Assembly: GCF_022045235.1 (NCBI RefSeq)
Contig: NW_027266264.1
Coordinates: 8,246,001-8,310,000 of the forward strand
DNA: 64,000 nucleotides
DNA from: Haliotis cracherodii
Taxonomy: Eukaryota
Direction of reading: 5' to 3'
The notes under the pieces were generated by a model, which saw nothing but the letters and a program-made list of their open reading frames with translations, did not search any database and was not told where the DNA came from. Position 1 is the first letter of the stretch; the number at the start of each line of letters is the position of its first letter. A program made the position numbers and the translations under genes. This document shows positions 37,335-49,652 of this stretch, piece by piece.

Positions 37335-38612
37335 GTCTACCAGGAGTTTGTCATTACACTCAAGGTGCTCCCTCTGCCAGGAGCTAGTCATTACACTCAA
37401 GGTGCTCCCTCTGCCAGAAGCTAGTCATTTCATGGAGGGTACTTCCTCTGCCAGGAGCTAGTCATTACATGGAGGGTATGTAGGTACTCCCTCTGCCAGG
37501 AGCTAGTCATTACCTGGAGGGTGTGTCGATGCTCCCTCTGCCAGGAGCTAGTCATTACCTGGAGGGTATGTAGGTACTCCCTCTGCCAGGAGCTAGTCAT
37601 TACCTGGAGGGTATGTAGGTACTCCCTCTGCCAGGAGCTAGTCATTACATGGAGGGTATGTAAGTACTCCCTATGCCAGGAGCTAGTCATTACCTGGAGT
37701 GTATGTCGGTGCTCCCTCTGCCAGGAGCTAGTCATTACCTGGAGGGTATGTAGGTACTCCCTCTGCCAGGAGCTAGTCATTACCTGGAGGGTATGTCGAT
37801 GCTCCCTCTGCCAGGAGCTAGTCATTACCTGGAGGGTATGTAGGTACTCCCTCTGCCAGGAGCTAGTCATTACATGGAGGGTATGTAAGTACTCCCTATG
37901 CCAGGAGCTAGTCATTACCTGGAGTGTATGTCGGTGCTCCCTCTGCCAGGAGCTAGTCATTACCTGGAGGGTATGTAGGTACTCCCTCTGCCAGGAGCTA
38001 GTCATTACCTGGAGTGTATGTCGGTGCTCCCTCTGCCAGGAGCTAGTCATTACCTGGAGGGTATGTAGGTGCTCCCTCTGCCAGGAGCTAGTCATTACCT
38101 GGAGGGTATGTAGGTACTCCCTCTGCCAGGAGCTAGTCATTACCTGGAGGGTATGTAGGTTCTCCCTCTGCCAGGAGCTAGTCATTACCTGGAGGGTATG
38201 TAGGTACTCCCTCTGCCAGGAGCTAGTCATTACCTGGAGGGTATGTCGGTACTCCCTCTGCCAGGAGCTAGTCATTACCTGGAGGGTATGTAGGTACTCC
38301 CTATGCCAGGAGCTAGTCATTACCTGGAGGGTATGTAGGTACTCCCTCTGCCAGGAGCTAGTCATTACCTGGAGGGTATGTAGGTACTCCCTCTGCCAGG
38401 AGCTAGTCATTACCTGGAGGGTATGTAGGTTCTCCCTCTGCCAGGAGCTAGTCATTACCTGGAGTGTATGTCGGTGCTCCCCCTGCCAGGAGGTAGTCAT
38501 TACCTGGAGGGTATGTAGGTACTCCCTCTGCCAGGAGCTAGTCATTACCTGGAGGGTATGTAGGTTCTCCCTCTGCCAGGAGCTAGTCATTACCTGGAGG
38601 GTATGTAGGTAT
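37335..38612. repeat. 45-bp minisatellite, about 26 full copies plus shorter precursor units
   Basis: Unit ccaggagctagtcattacctggagggtatgtaggtactccctctg. Confidence 0.97.
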
Positions 38613-38925
38613 TTGTAATTCTGTTGTACCCTATGAGGTGTGACATGAGGTACTCTGTAACATATTATATGAGGTATTGTATTAGGTAATTATGGGTCAT
38701 ATCCCACAGTCATTCAGGGTACCACAATTATATGTCCAGAGCTTTTTTAATTACACCATATGCTTACATGAGTGCCCATACCAAGGATAGATCACTACAT
38801 AGAAACCTGATACTTTATCATTAAACACACAAAATGTCACCAGATTTCAAGTCTTATCAAAATCTCACCAAGGTCTTACCAAGGTCTTAACAAGGTCTTA
38901 TCAAGATCATATCAAGATCATATCA

Positions 38926-39042
38926 CAATTGCGTGGATCGATGCTCATGATATCAATCACTGGATTGTCTAGACAAGACTCAATTATTTACAGACGGCCG
39001 TCATATGGCTGGAATATTGCAGTATTAAACAACTAACAAACA
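38926..39042 (+). mobile_element. Family C, 5'-truncated copy
   Basis: 3' half only. Confidence 0.75.
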
Positions 39043-40905
39043 CAATCTGATCAAGATCTCACCAAAGTCTCACCATGGTGTTATCATGGGTGTGTGTGAG
39101 TTACATGATGCTGTGATATATGACAACTTCTGAACAGTGCTACTACATGTAAATGCCATAGCTTTTACACTGCACCAAATGTCCCGACATCCCAGACAGA
39201 AGAGACTGGTGTCCTGATAACGATCATGTTGTTCCTGCCGCTGTTTACTCTGCCCCCTCCCCCCACCACCCATTACTCCTCACTTCAGTGAGAGCCTCAT
39301 GGCGGAGTTCATCACGAGAACTATTTGCTGCTCCAACTTTGTTTTCTTAGTATATATGTAAACGCAACATAACAAAATGGGGCAGATTACGCTCTCAAAA
39401 AACACAAAATCATTGTCCCATGTTTAAAAGCATTTAGCACATGTTAACAGTTATCACCTAAAACTGAAGAAGTTTTTTAGTAAAACATCACTTTTGACAA
39501 AAGGAAGTTTAAGTTTTTTTCCAAGTTGTTAATGGGAATACTGAAGCGTCTCAATCCTAGCTCCAAGCTCACGTTCTCAGTGAGATTCCCCAGTTTCTGT
39601 TACAAAAAAATTGTGAAACAGTGTTCGGTTCAAATACAAACAAAGCTGTATTTTTCACAATAGAAATCTCTTTAAGGTTTGTGCGAGTTCTTACTTTTAA
39701 GTGGGATTTGTTTATGCTGTAGGCCTGCCTCAGTGATTTCTAGCTGTCAGTCAGATCAGCAGTGGGCAAATCAGTGTAAGCTTCTGTCTCCATTTCACAC
39801 TTATTTTAACAAAATGGGGATCGTGTATTAACATGAGGAATTCTATGGAGATCGATGTGGTGAGTTTCAGCATGACTCACAGTTCTAGGTTTGCAAATAT
39901 ATTGATTCAGAGTTCAAATGAAAAGTAAAAATATCATTAGCAGAAAGGGCATTGACAATTTTTTATTGTTTCGTTTTAAATTAATTTTGACATATCAGGA
40001 TATTCTGTATCATATATAGCTGAGAACTATCATTTCACTTTTTTACTTTTTTCAATTGTTTTGATGAAGAAGGCAGCAGCTGATTGTACACACTTTATTT
40101 CGTAAGTTGGGTTCAGTACCTTTAAACAATACTTTCGTCATATCACAGCAAGTCAGATTAAAGTGGAAAGAAATCCTAATGTGATGCAGCTGTTAGAAAT
40201 TTACCACCTGAAACCCTAAGTCATGTATGGTGCAGACAAACCAAGAATCATTATCAGGGATTTGAACTCAAGATCATGGGATAACCCACCCAACGGACGC
40301 AACCCTGCAAAGTGAATTGCAGCAACTGCAGACAGAGCCAACCATGCCCCTTGGATTAATTAGAAGTAATTATGAAGTATATATGTATTGGTCTCCATGT
40401 TGGAGTAGATACTGCCTTAAAGTCCATGCACATGCACATAACATAGCTTCTTCCATGACAAGCAACAATAAGCCTGGGTCAGTGCTGAACTTCAATGGTA
40501 ATTGTGTGCATGCAACACATGAATACAGAACTTCAAACCGAAGTCTTTCATAGCCGAAAAGAAAGGCATGCATCTGCAATAATCTTTCTAAGCAATATTT
40601 CAAGGCTACTTGAATGACCTTCCACGAAACAGTCTTTGTCATAACTTGCGTTGTTTAACACAGACTTAAAAAGCCATAGCAACTAATATTGCTTTGTGGC
40701 CCCAAGCTCTAAGCACCACAAAGTGGACAGTGAAAGTGGATGAATATCAGGACAGAGGTTTTTATGGTTTTGCCGGTGTGTTGTTCAATTGGGTATTCCT
40801 ATGTGGCAGATCAGTTTGTGTCTCCCTAAGGGGCATGTTTGTTGCTGTGATATCTATAGAACTACTGACTACAGCAGAGACCCTTTCACTCGGACTTTAG
40901 AAATA

Positions 40906-41575
40906 CAGTAAACTATGTTTATTAAGAACACGCTTATAACAAATTGACGGATGTAACAAACTATATTTTGGTCCTAGCCATTTGTTATATATATAGCGAA
41001 CTTGTCTTGTGGTCCCGTGTGTACTCGAATGACAATGTTTATGTTTATTATGAATATGAACTGTTAATCTCTGCGCTGCTCACGTGTCAACATGCGAGGC
41101 TGTTCAAAGGGGCAATAAACAATTGAAGACTCTCGTGTCTGTATGTCAGGGAAACTATCACTAATATATGGAAAATCTCACTCAAGTGTCTTTTGATATC
41201 AACTATATCAAGCTTCTGATTTTTTTACTTTTATCAACAAGTGTTTCTACAGTTGATATCAAAAGACACATGGGTGAGATTCTATTTATCATCCAACATC
41301 ATTCTCCCACCTTTTTCAGTTTGCAGACAGTAATAAGCAGTGTCTTTAGTGTAAAAAGTACCACTGACAGCTTCAGTAGCAGAGCCTTTAGTACTGTCAT
41401 TTGATTGTGACGTCATGGTAACCAATGACGTAACAATGGTTTACAAAGAATTGTGATTCAATTTCATTGCAGTGATATTTACAATGTAGATATCTGTAGA
41501 TACTTACAATGAACTATGGTTATAAAGAACAGAAATTTGTGTTCCCTTGGAGTTCATTATAACCATACTTTACTG
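40906..41575. mobile_element. Tc1/mariner (pogo/Tigger-like) MITE (670 bp)
   Basis: About 24-bp imperfect TIRs CAGTAAACTATGTTTATTAAGAAC / GTTCATTATAACCATACTTTACTG with TA on both sides. Confidence 0.8.
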
Positions 41576-41732
41576 TACAAAGTGCTTGTTTCTATCCCCT
41601 ACTTTATAAACTTTTATTCTTCACGATATGGCTGAAATATTGCTGATGTTAAACTTTAACTCACTCACTCACTTATAAGCATTTAACAGTTTCCTCTTTT
41701 TCAATTTTAGTTCATTTCCTATTTTGTTCCAG

Positions 41733-41929
41733 AACAAAACAAGAAGCATGTTCCCCAGCGTCACCGGCACAAGTACGAGCACAGGGAACCGGAGTACATT
41801 GGACCGATGTACAAGCGCCCTCCCCTCAAGGACTCCGTGTATGTGACCCCCAACCAGACGACTGTGAATGTCCGGATGGGGCACACGGCACATCTACCCT
41901 GTGTGGTGCAGCACCTGGGCACGAAACAG
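41733..41929 (+). CDS. Coding exon of a Dpr/ZIG-8-like two-Ig-domain cell-surface protein: N-terminal extension plus first half of Ig1
   Basis: Acceptor attttgttccAG (41731-32), donor GTATGT (41930). 197 nt, phase 1 to 0. Translates QNKKHVPQRHRHKYEHREPEYIGPMYKRPPLKDSVYVTPNQTTVNVRMGHTAHLPCVVQHLGTKQ, matching the Dpr-type motif V-x-V-x-x-G-x-T-A-x-L-x-C-x-V-x-x-L-G-x-K. Joins in frame to VSWYR of the next exon. Not in the ORF track. Confidence 0.92.
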
Positions 41930-42895
41930 GTATGTTGTGCCGTCAGTGAGCATCAGTTATAGACGCACTCACCGTGGACAGCTTCGGCTGCATCAATGCA
42001 ATGAATTCTCAAGTTATGCGTACAACACTTTACTTTTTCCATTAGCTCATGTTAGTAGTAGTTCAAAGTGACAGGGCTTGCTTACTAATGATATAAGCAA
42101 TGTTCTTTTTGCAAACAGAGAACAAGTTAGACATTCTGAACCCAAACTCTTAACAAACACAATTTTGAGAATATATAAACCTGAAAATGTTAAGCAGTAA
42201 TACTTCATTAGTTTCATATGCCATGTCAATGTAACTTTTGGAAACTCTACATATTGACCTCATTTCCGCAAATGTCTAAATACCACCAATACCTGCCGAA
42301 GAGGTGGTAAGAGAACACTGTCTTTGTTTCTCAAAGTAGCAAGGATGTATCATATGTCAGGAAACAGGGAAAACAATTTAAAGGATAGTTACATAAATAT
42401 TCCTGTGGAACTGTTACAATTATAAAATGTCAACGCCAGAGAATAACCAGTTTCGATTATCTGACAAAACAGATTTCATCAAGTTGAGTGTAAAAGGCAA
42501 AACAGCAGTGAAAATGATAGGAACGGCTATCACTTTCATATCAAAATAATTTTAAAGATGCTTGTTTTCACATTTTAAAACAGGACATGTAACTTTTCGT
42601 TAATTGTTCCTGAATTATATGGTTGCAACAACACAAGTTTAATTAAATTTTACAGCAACTCATGTCAATCATCTAGATGTCCTTTTTCTCACTTAGCAAG
42701 AGTAGTATTGATTTGGGGCACGTGGATGGCGCCAATGACAGGGAAGCTGTGCTGTGTTTGTTGGATAGAGATTGACCTCTGTTAAAGTATTAATCTGTAG
42801 CATCAATTTCCTTAAAAAGTCTATATCATATTCTCCATTTAAACATATCTCCATCATTAAAATGCCTATAGTTTTAGGACACACATATTTTCCCA

Positions 42896-43225
42896 ATGGT
42901 ACACCTTCCCTCATTAAGAACACCTATGGTACACCCTCCCTCATTAAGAACACCTTTGGTACACCTTCCCTCATTAAGAACACCTATGGTACACCCTCCC
43001 TCATTAAGAACACCTTTGGTACACCTTCCCTCATTAAGAACACCTATGGTACACCCTCCGTCATTAAGAACACCTTTGGTACACCTTCCCTCATTAAGAA
43101 CACCTATGGTACACCTTCCCTCATTAAGAACACCTATGGTACACCCTCCCTCATTAAGAACACCTATGGTACACCCTCCCTCATTAAGAACACCTATGGT
43201 ACACCCTCCCTCATTAAGAACACCA
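42896..43225. repeat. 30-bp minisatellite, 11 copies, partly a 60-bp dimer
   Basis: Unit (a/t)tggtacacc(t/c)tccctcattaagaacacct. Confidence 0.95.
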
Positions 43226-43811
43226 GTGCTACACATTCTCTCATTAGTCGCATGAGGCTGTCCTATGTGGCATTTCACTGATAATGGTTCTCCATCCGAG
43301 GTCAGTTCTCACTGAAACAGAAATGATTATATGAAGTCTTCACTCCCTGGTATGTACTTAATTTGCCTAATAAGGACACGATCAATCTGTCTAGACTTTG
43401 ATGTTAGAGATGAGGAACTTACTACTGTACACATAATGTATTTGAACTTAGCGCTGTGTTTACATGCAATGGCATACCAAGTGGGAAGTGACTTTTCAGT
43501 CAAGAAAAACCTGTGAAAATCTCTGACTTGCAGTTGTGGGTATACTTATTTACACAGCTGTGACTTAGAAGCTTGTTGAGTTTGGGAGCTGACTTCAAAC
43601 AACATTATTTGCATATGTTGTGTGTATATGTATATGAGCATCTGAAAAACAAATTCATACAGCATCATGTAGCATTGATAGACTGACCTGTGTGTGGCAA
43701 ATCACTTAGGCCAAGTAGCAGGAGCATATGTGGTAGCCCTGCCGTTATTGCATGTTTGCTGTACAGGATTGAGTGTACAGGAGACCTGGGCATTCTGGGT
43801 GTGATTCCCAA

Positions 43812-44202
43812 TGTAGCAGGGCGTGGAGTCATCCTACAGATGACATCCTCACCTTGTCAGCTTGCTGACAGGGTTAACCTCTTTGGTCATGTGGACAAGG
43901 CATCCGACCTATGGTCAGAAGGTCTGTGGTTCGAATCCCATCACAGGACTCAGAAATTTTATGGCTGCTACATTGGCACCCAACGTGGGGCTGAGCAAAA
44001 TAAGCCTCAGTACCCTACTATGCGGCCCGGGATGTGCCTTCTGTTGACGGGGGAGTCTTTAGCAGGGCGTGGAGTCATCCCACAGATGACATCCTTACCT
44101 TGTCAGCTTGCTGACAGGGTTAACCATTTTGGTCATGTGGACAAGGCATCTGACCTCGGATCAGAAGGTCCGTGGTTCGAATCACATCACTGGACCGCTA
44201 TA
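43812..44202 (+). mobile_element. Complete non-autonomous miniature LTR retrotransposon (TRIM) with tRNA-derived LTRs (Helenus-like)
   Basis: LTR1 43812-43972 (TGTAGC...GCTACA). PBS TGGCACCCAACGTGGGGC at 43974-43991 (tRNA-Lys CUU type, 1 mismatch). PPT GACGGGGGAG at 44046-44055. LTR2 44058-44202. 4-bp TSD CCAA at 43808-11 and 44203-06. Confidence 0.9.
44123..44196 (+). pseudogene. tRNA-Arg(TCG)-derived cassette inside LTR2 (more mutated copy in LTR1, about 43877-43950)
   Basis: TGGACAAGGCATCTGACCTCGGATCAGAAGG closely resembles metazoan tRNA-Arg(TCG). Anticodon stem TCTGA/TCAGA with TCG at 44156-58 and B box GGTTCGAATC(A/C). The acceptor stem does not pair, so it is not a functional tRNA. Confidence 0.75.
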
Positions 44203-45734
44203 CCAACATGGGCACATTGGTGACTTCATGTAACCAGGGATTCAAGCCCCCAACTCACACATGTCTTTAAAACAGTCAAGGTCTATGGAGAAATGTAGTG
44301 TATATGTTACTCTGAATAATGTGAATTCTCGAACAATATCATAGCATTTGCCATTGGTGCTTAGCTAGAATATGTCAGTCCTCATCAGATGTAATCACCA
44401 TAGACTTGTGAGAAGGGCCATGAAAGGAACAAAGGGAGAAACAGTAATTTTGAAGCCAGCTTTCATTGTATTGTTTCAATGTCTTATTTCTTTGCAATGA
44501 CCAATTTTCATGAATTACCATATGCAGAATTTCCCTGTAGACCAGACTGTGAGAAATCGTTTCCAACAACCAAGTTTAGCGTTTGGCTGAAGAAATGTTT
44601 TTGATATTTATGACTTTGTCTATGTTTCACTTTGTATGAAACTAATGATATTATGGAGACATTCGTGACCTTGTATCCTGAGAAAGGATCTGTGTGTCGT
44701 CATACAGTATAAGGTTTATAAGCGATATGTATTCGGTACAGTTTCATTTAGTTTCATGTTTGTCTTTAAAAGGAATTATTTGTATGAAACTTTGTTCAGT
44801 TAATTACAACTTCCTGTAAATATTCCTGTAAATTTTGTTTCTGAAATATCTTGTTTCATTAACCACTTAAATCTTTAAGCTGATGAACTATTTTCTTAAT
44901 CTAAGGGAAATGTATGCCTTTGGTCAAGTGCTCTTAAAAATAGACAAGAGGCTTTAGTTTACCTGGTTTTTGAGGTATGCATATGATTATCTGGCTAAAT
45001 CAGTCAAATAATGACATCATAAAATATCCCAGCTTTGAAGTTGGGAGAAATGACATCTTCCGTACTGTAAGCCGCATGATTTATAACCACATATTAATTT
45101 TCTCCAACCACATCCATCATGGGTTTCTTTAAGCATTTAATCATCTTGCTATAAATCCTGAAGAGTTGCAAACCCAAATTCCTATAGGCATATCCATCAT
45201 AATTTCATGAAGGTATATTTCAACTCCCCAAAAACAAGCTGGTCATTTTTCAACTAGTCATCACGTTTTTGTCATTAAGTCAATTAGTTGGTCGTTCTCG
45301 TTCACATCATGCACCTTTCTCGTTCCCGACTGAATTTGGCCCACTCTGCAATTAACAAGCAATGAACGAGGAAACCTGACAGACCTCCCTTTCATCTTTG
45401 CCTCTTTGACAGCAAGGAACATCTCCGTGGTAGATATATGTACAACAAAGCAGGGTTAACTATTGATCATTCATATATAAAAGTAGATAATTGTGTCATT
45501 ATATTCCTTGTGAAGTACAAAATTTACTCTAAATATCAACTATGTTTCAGAAAGCTGTGTCTTTCATAAGGAATTATATGGATGATTGATGATCATTACA
45601 ATTCCTTAAATAAGCTGTTCAGGGAGCATTTGTTTACTGGATGTGAAACAGTGACACACAACGTGATAGCAAGAGTGATTGATAGGACAGTAGAATTTTC
45701 TAGAAGCTAGAAATAAATACATTGGATAATTGAG

Positions 45735-45772
45735 ATGATGATGATGATGGTGATGATGATGATGATGATGAT
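45735..45772. repeat. (ATG)n microsatellite
   Basis: Direct inspection. Confidence 0.9.
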
Positions 45773-46727
45773 TGAGTTGCAACAGGCAGTAAACTCATTG
45801 GAGATTCTGTCTGTCTGTGCTGTGCTGTGCTGTGCTGTTTTAGCAGTGTTAATAACTCTTCTTATTGTAATGTTGCATGGACCCAGCCTCGCAAGTTCAA
45901 GAACTTCATGCTTGGTCGGCTTCTCATCTTCTCAGTCAATATTATATTTATCAATCATAAAACAGTAGGTGGACCCTTCGGGCAGATCTCCATTTACCAA
46001 GACCTGATAATATTTTATTCTCTTTACTTTATACTGTAAACCAGACCATTAGACACTGACTTTAAGAAACCTATTAATCAGACAATAAACAATTCAAAAC
46101 CAACCCCCCATAACCACCAAATATTGATACCTTTACTAATAACCACATGACCAATATATTTCAGCATCATAAATAAAGCTCTGAAATGCAAAAGGCTAAT
46201 GTTACTACCACAATGACTTTTATACGAGTGCTTCATTCTTACTGCAATAAATTCTTTGATATGAAAGCATATGAGGACTCCATGAAATTATATGAAACCT
46301 TGATAAAAGAAATAAAATATTCATGTGACCAAGGACTTAGGCTTCTGGCATGCTCCAGTGTTGAAAGAGTGAAGCTATAATCCTGGTTGATGGTAATTAC
46401 ACTTTATGTGTCAGCCTTTACTTGCTCCTGTCACATATTGCTCAATCCATTACTGGCATTTTTGCTTGCATATACTCATGTCTAAGGTGTGGTTGAACAT
46501 TTCTATGTGTGTGACCTGTGACAAACAGTTGTTATGAAAGTCATAAAATATTAAATACATAAGTAGATTTGTAGTTTGCAGTCTTTGCATGACAGGTTTT
46601 GAATAGGGGACTAAGTATAAGATGAGGTTATCGGGTATAAAGGCTATAGAAAGTTAATTTTGTCACCTATTCACATGAGTGCAAGTCTAGGTTCCTTACA
46701 GTGCTCTACATGAATAGTCATGAAAGA

Positions 46728-47252
46728 GTGTTTGTTTAAAGTCGCACTCAGCAATATTCCAACTATATGATGTCGGTCTGTAAATAATCGAGTCTGGACC
46801 AGACAATCCAGTGATTGACATCATGAGCATCATTCTGTACAATTTATATATGAGTAAGTGAGTGAGTTGGGTTTAACACAGTTTTTAACAGTATTCCAGT
46901 CATATCACGGCATGTCAGCTTAATGTGGGAGGAAAGTCCGAAGTGATGCAGGTCTCAGACATTTACCACTTCGGTGAAATCCATGAGCACGAGTATGGTG
47001 CTGACAAACCTAGAAATATAATCGGGGCGAACGGGGATTCAAACCCACAATCATAGGTTTCTGGCGTGCCCAAGGGACGCAACTCTGCACAGCGAATCTC
47101 GGTGCCTTAGACGACTGGGCCACCCGTGCCCCCTTGTATATGATGAAATGCATCAACCAAGTCAGGGAGCCTCACCACATGATCACATTAGTCACCTCCT
47201 ATGACAAGCATGGGTTGCTGAGACCAATTCTAACCAGGATCTTCACAAGGGT
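46728..47252 (-). mobile_element. Family C copy interrupted by a family B insertion
   Basis: Segments 46728-46853 and 47134-47252 rejoin into a continuous family C sequence. Confidence 0.85.
46854..47133 (-). mobile_element. SINE family B nested inside a family C element
   Basis: Full reverse copy. TSD tt(a/g)tatatga at 46844-53 and 47134-43. Confidence 0.88.
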
Positions 47253-47261
47253 TTGGAAAGA

Positions 47262-47467
47262 ATGAGTGAGTGAGTGAGTGAGTGAGTAAGTTGTGTTTAA
47301 TGCTGCTTTGAACAGTAGATTTCAGTTACATCTCAGCATGTCAACATTATGTGGAAAGAAATCCAGAAGTGATGTTAAAAAAAACCTAGAATCACAATCA
47401 AGGCCAATTGGAGATTCAAACTCACAATCATAGGATTCTGGTACATCTAAGGGACTCAACTCTACAG
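47262..47467 (-). mobile_element. SINE family B, old degraded copy
   Basis: (GAGT)n tail and recognisable body fragments (cacaatcatagg, gggactcaactc). Confidence 0.65.
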
Positions 47468-47754
47468 TATGAAACCACATGGTCACCCCATCTACTGATG
47501 CAGATCTGTGTGAGGATAGGTTGGTTAATGATGTGAAAGATGAAATGATAAGTAGATCTGTGTACAGAAGTTGAAAGGTGTTGATGGACAGGTTTGTAGC
47601 ACAGGGCGTTCACAGGCACAGCCCATGGGTCAGGACCCATTCTTTCGGAAGACAAATGTCGATCTGGATATCGATATGTGTAGACCATGAAAGTTAATGC
47701 TTGAGACAGGCAAGTGGCTGAAGCAGAAGCTATTACCATCATATAGCAGAAAAG

Positions 47755-47985
47755 CACACACAGACACACACACACACACTCTCTCTCACACGCTCTCACA
47801 CACTCAATCACTCTCACACACACACACAAACACACACTCTCTCTCTCTCTCTCTCACATGCTCTCACACACTCACTCTCACACACACACACACACTCTCT
47901 CTCTCACACGCTCTCACACACTCACAAACTCTCTCTCTCACACACACACACTCTCTCTCACACTCTCACACACTCACTCACTCTC

Positions 47986-48016
<31 letters not shown>

Positions 48017-48018
48017 TA
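47755..48018. repeat. (CA)/(CT) compound microsatellite
   Basis: Direct inspection. Confidence 0.95.
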
Positions 48019-48426
48019 CTGTGAATATATCTGAACCTATGGACCCCTTCAAAAGCTGGATCAGACCTTGGTATTTTTCTGTATTGATTGGCAGGATGCC
48101 TAAATAATTCTGATCACCAGATTCACACTTCCCCCTTCATTACGCCATCAAGTGTGTTTGATCTACAAGACTCTTTCAGATCTCTACCCTGACCCATACA
48201 ATGTTAATGACTTTCTGATCATTTTACTGACAAAAGATATAATCCTGAAGTGTAGGTTGGGTATATATGATATTAAACCTCCTACAAAGCTAGCATAATA
48301 ACAAGTGAAATGCCATCAGAACAAAACTTCAACATTTTTTGGTTTTGAAAGGTTTAAAAGTGATAAGTTCAACAGAGTTGTTTGTCATTCAAATGATGAC
48401 ATCTCTTAAAAGCAGTTAAAAGAGCA

Positions 48427-48651
48427 GACCAATGAAGATTTGGGATAGAATAGGCAACTATGCTTGTAGTTAGAGACGACTAATGGGTTTGGGTAGTCAG
48501 GCTGCCTGACTTGGTTGATGCATATCGTATCCCAATTGCCTGGATCTATGTTCATGATGTCAATCACTGGATTGTCTGGTCCAGACTTGATTTTTTACAG
48601 ACTGCTGTCATAAAGCTGGAATATTGCTGAGTGAGTTAAACAACAAACAAA
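48427..48651 (+). mobile_element. Family C copy
   Basis: Head with an internal deletion, body and tail present. Confidence 0.8.
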
Positions 48652-49406
48652 AAATTCAAAAAGCAAGTTAATGTCTTGAGACTCTCGCCTGTTTTGTTGT
48701 TTATTTCATTGTTTTGTTTCAACGTAGGCAGCACAGAGCTCTGATACAGCGTGTAACATTGACGCCAGATTGTCCAAGAGGAAAATTGAAAAGAGTCTTT
48801 CTAGAAATCATTTTCCGTGTGTACAATAGGTAAATGTAATAGACTGTAGCATCAACTACGGAAATCACCTTGAATGGCTGATAGACAACTTGTAGCGACA
48901 TTATTGATTTGTCTGATGTTTCCAAAAATGGTTCCATGCAAGGGATTCAACATAATAAGGTTATAAATTGATATAGCATTCTTTAGACCACTTCACTGTG
49001 GGGTATCTGTAACATAATCTGTTGCAAACAGGGATAGAGTGAAATTGTACAGAAATGAGGGACACACTGTAATGGAAAACATGTGGGATTTATGTAATTG
49101 AAATAACCAAAAGTGGGGCCGTCCTTTTGTAAGTAAAATATCAATCTCATGGAGAAGGGATTTGTACAAACACAAATTTAAGTTCTCTTTTGGCAACATT
49201 CCAAACCAATATCAGCCTCAGAAAGCTGTAAGGTTTGCATAGGTTTTTTTCTGTTGGACATCAAGGATTGACAGTCTTTCTCTGCATCTGTATTTTGATC
49301 AGCTGGTTTATGGAAATTAAACAAAAAAGGATAATTGTCAACAAAGAATTAAGTATCTCTCTCATTCACTCACTCACTCACTCACTCACTCACTCACTCA
49401 CTTATA

Positions 49407-49652
49407 TGTTTGTTTGATGTTTAATACTTCCCTCAGCACTTTTTCAGCTACATGACAGCAGTCTGTAAATAATTGAGTCCCAACCATACCATCAAGTGAT
49501 TGACATCATGAACATTCATCTATGCAATCAGGATATGATGACATGTTTCACCCAAGTCAGTGAGCCTTACCACCGATCCCCTTGGTTGCCTCTTACAACA
49601 AGCATTTGATCTATTGTTGAAAACCTATTCTAACCCCATGTCATCATGGGGA
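49407..49652 (-). mobile_element. Family C copy next to a (CACT)n tract
   Basis: Reverse alignment to family C. Confidence 0.75.

Noticed and set aside
37430-38618. 386-aa and 365-aa ORFs
   Set aside because: Produced by a 45-bp tandem repeat; no splice context or domain.
43690-44223. 177-aa ORF with an internal repeat
   Set aside because: Chance read-through of the two TRIM LTRs.
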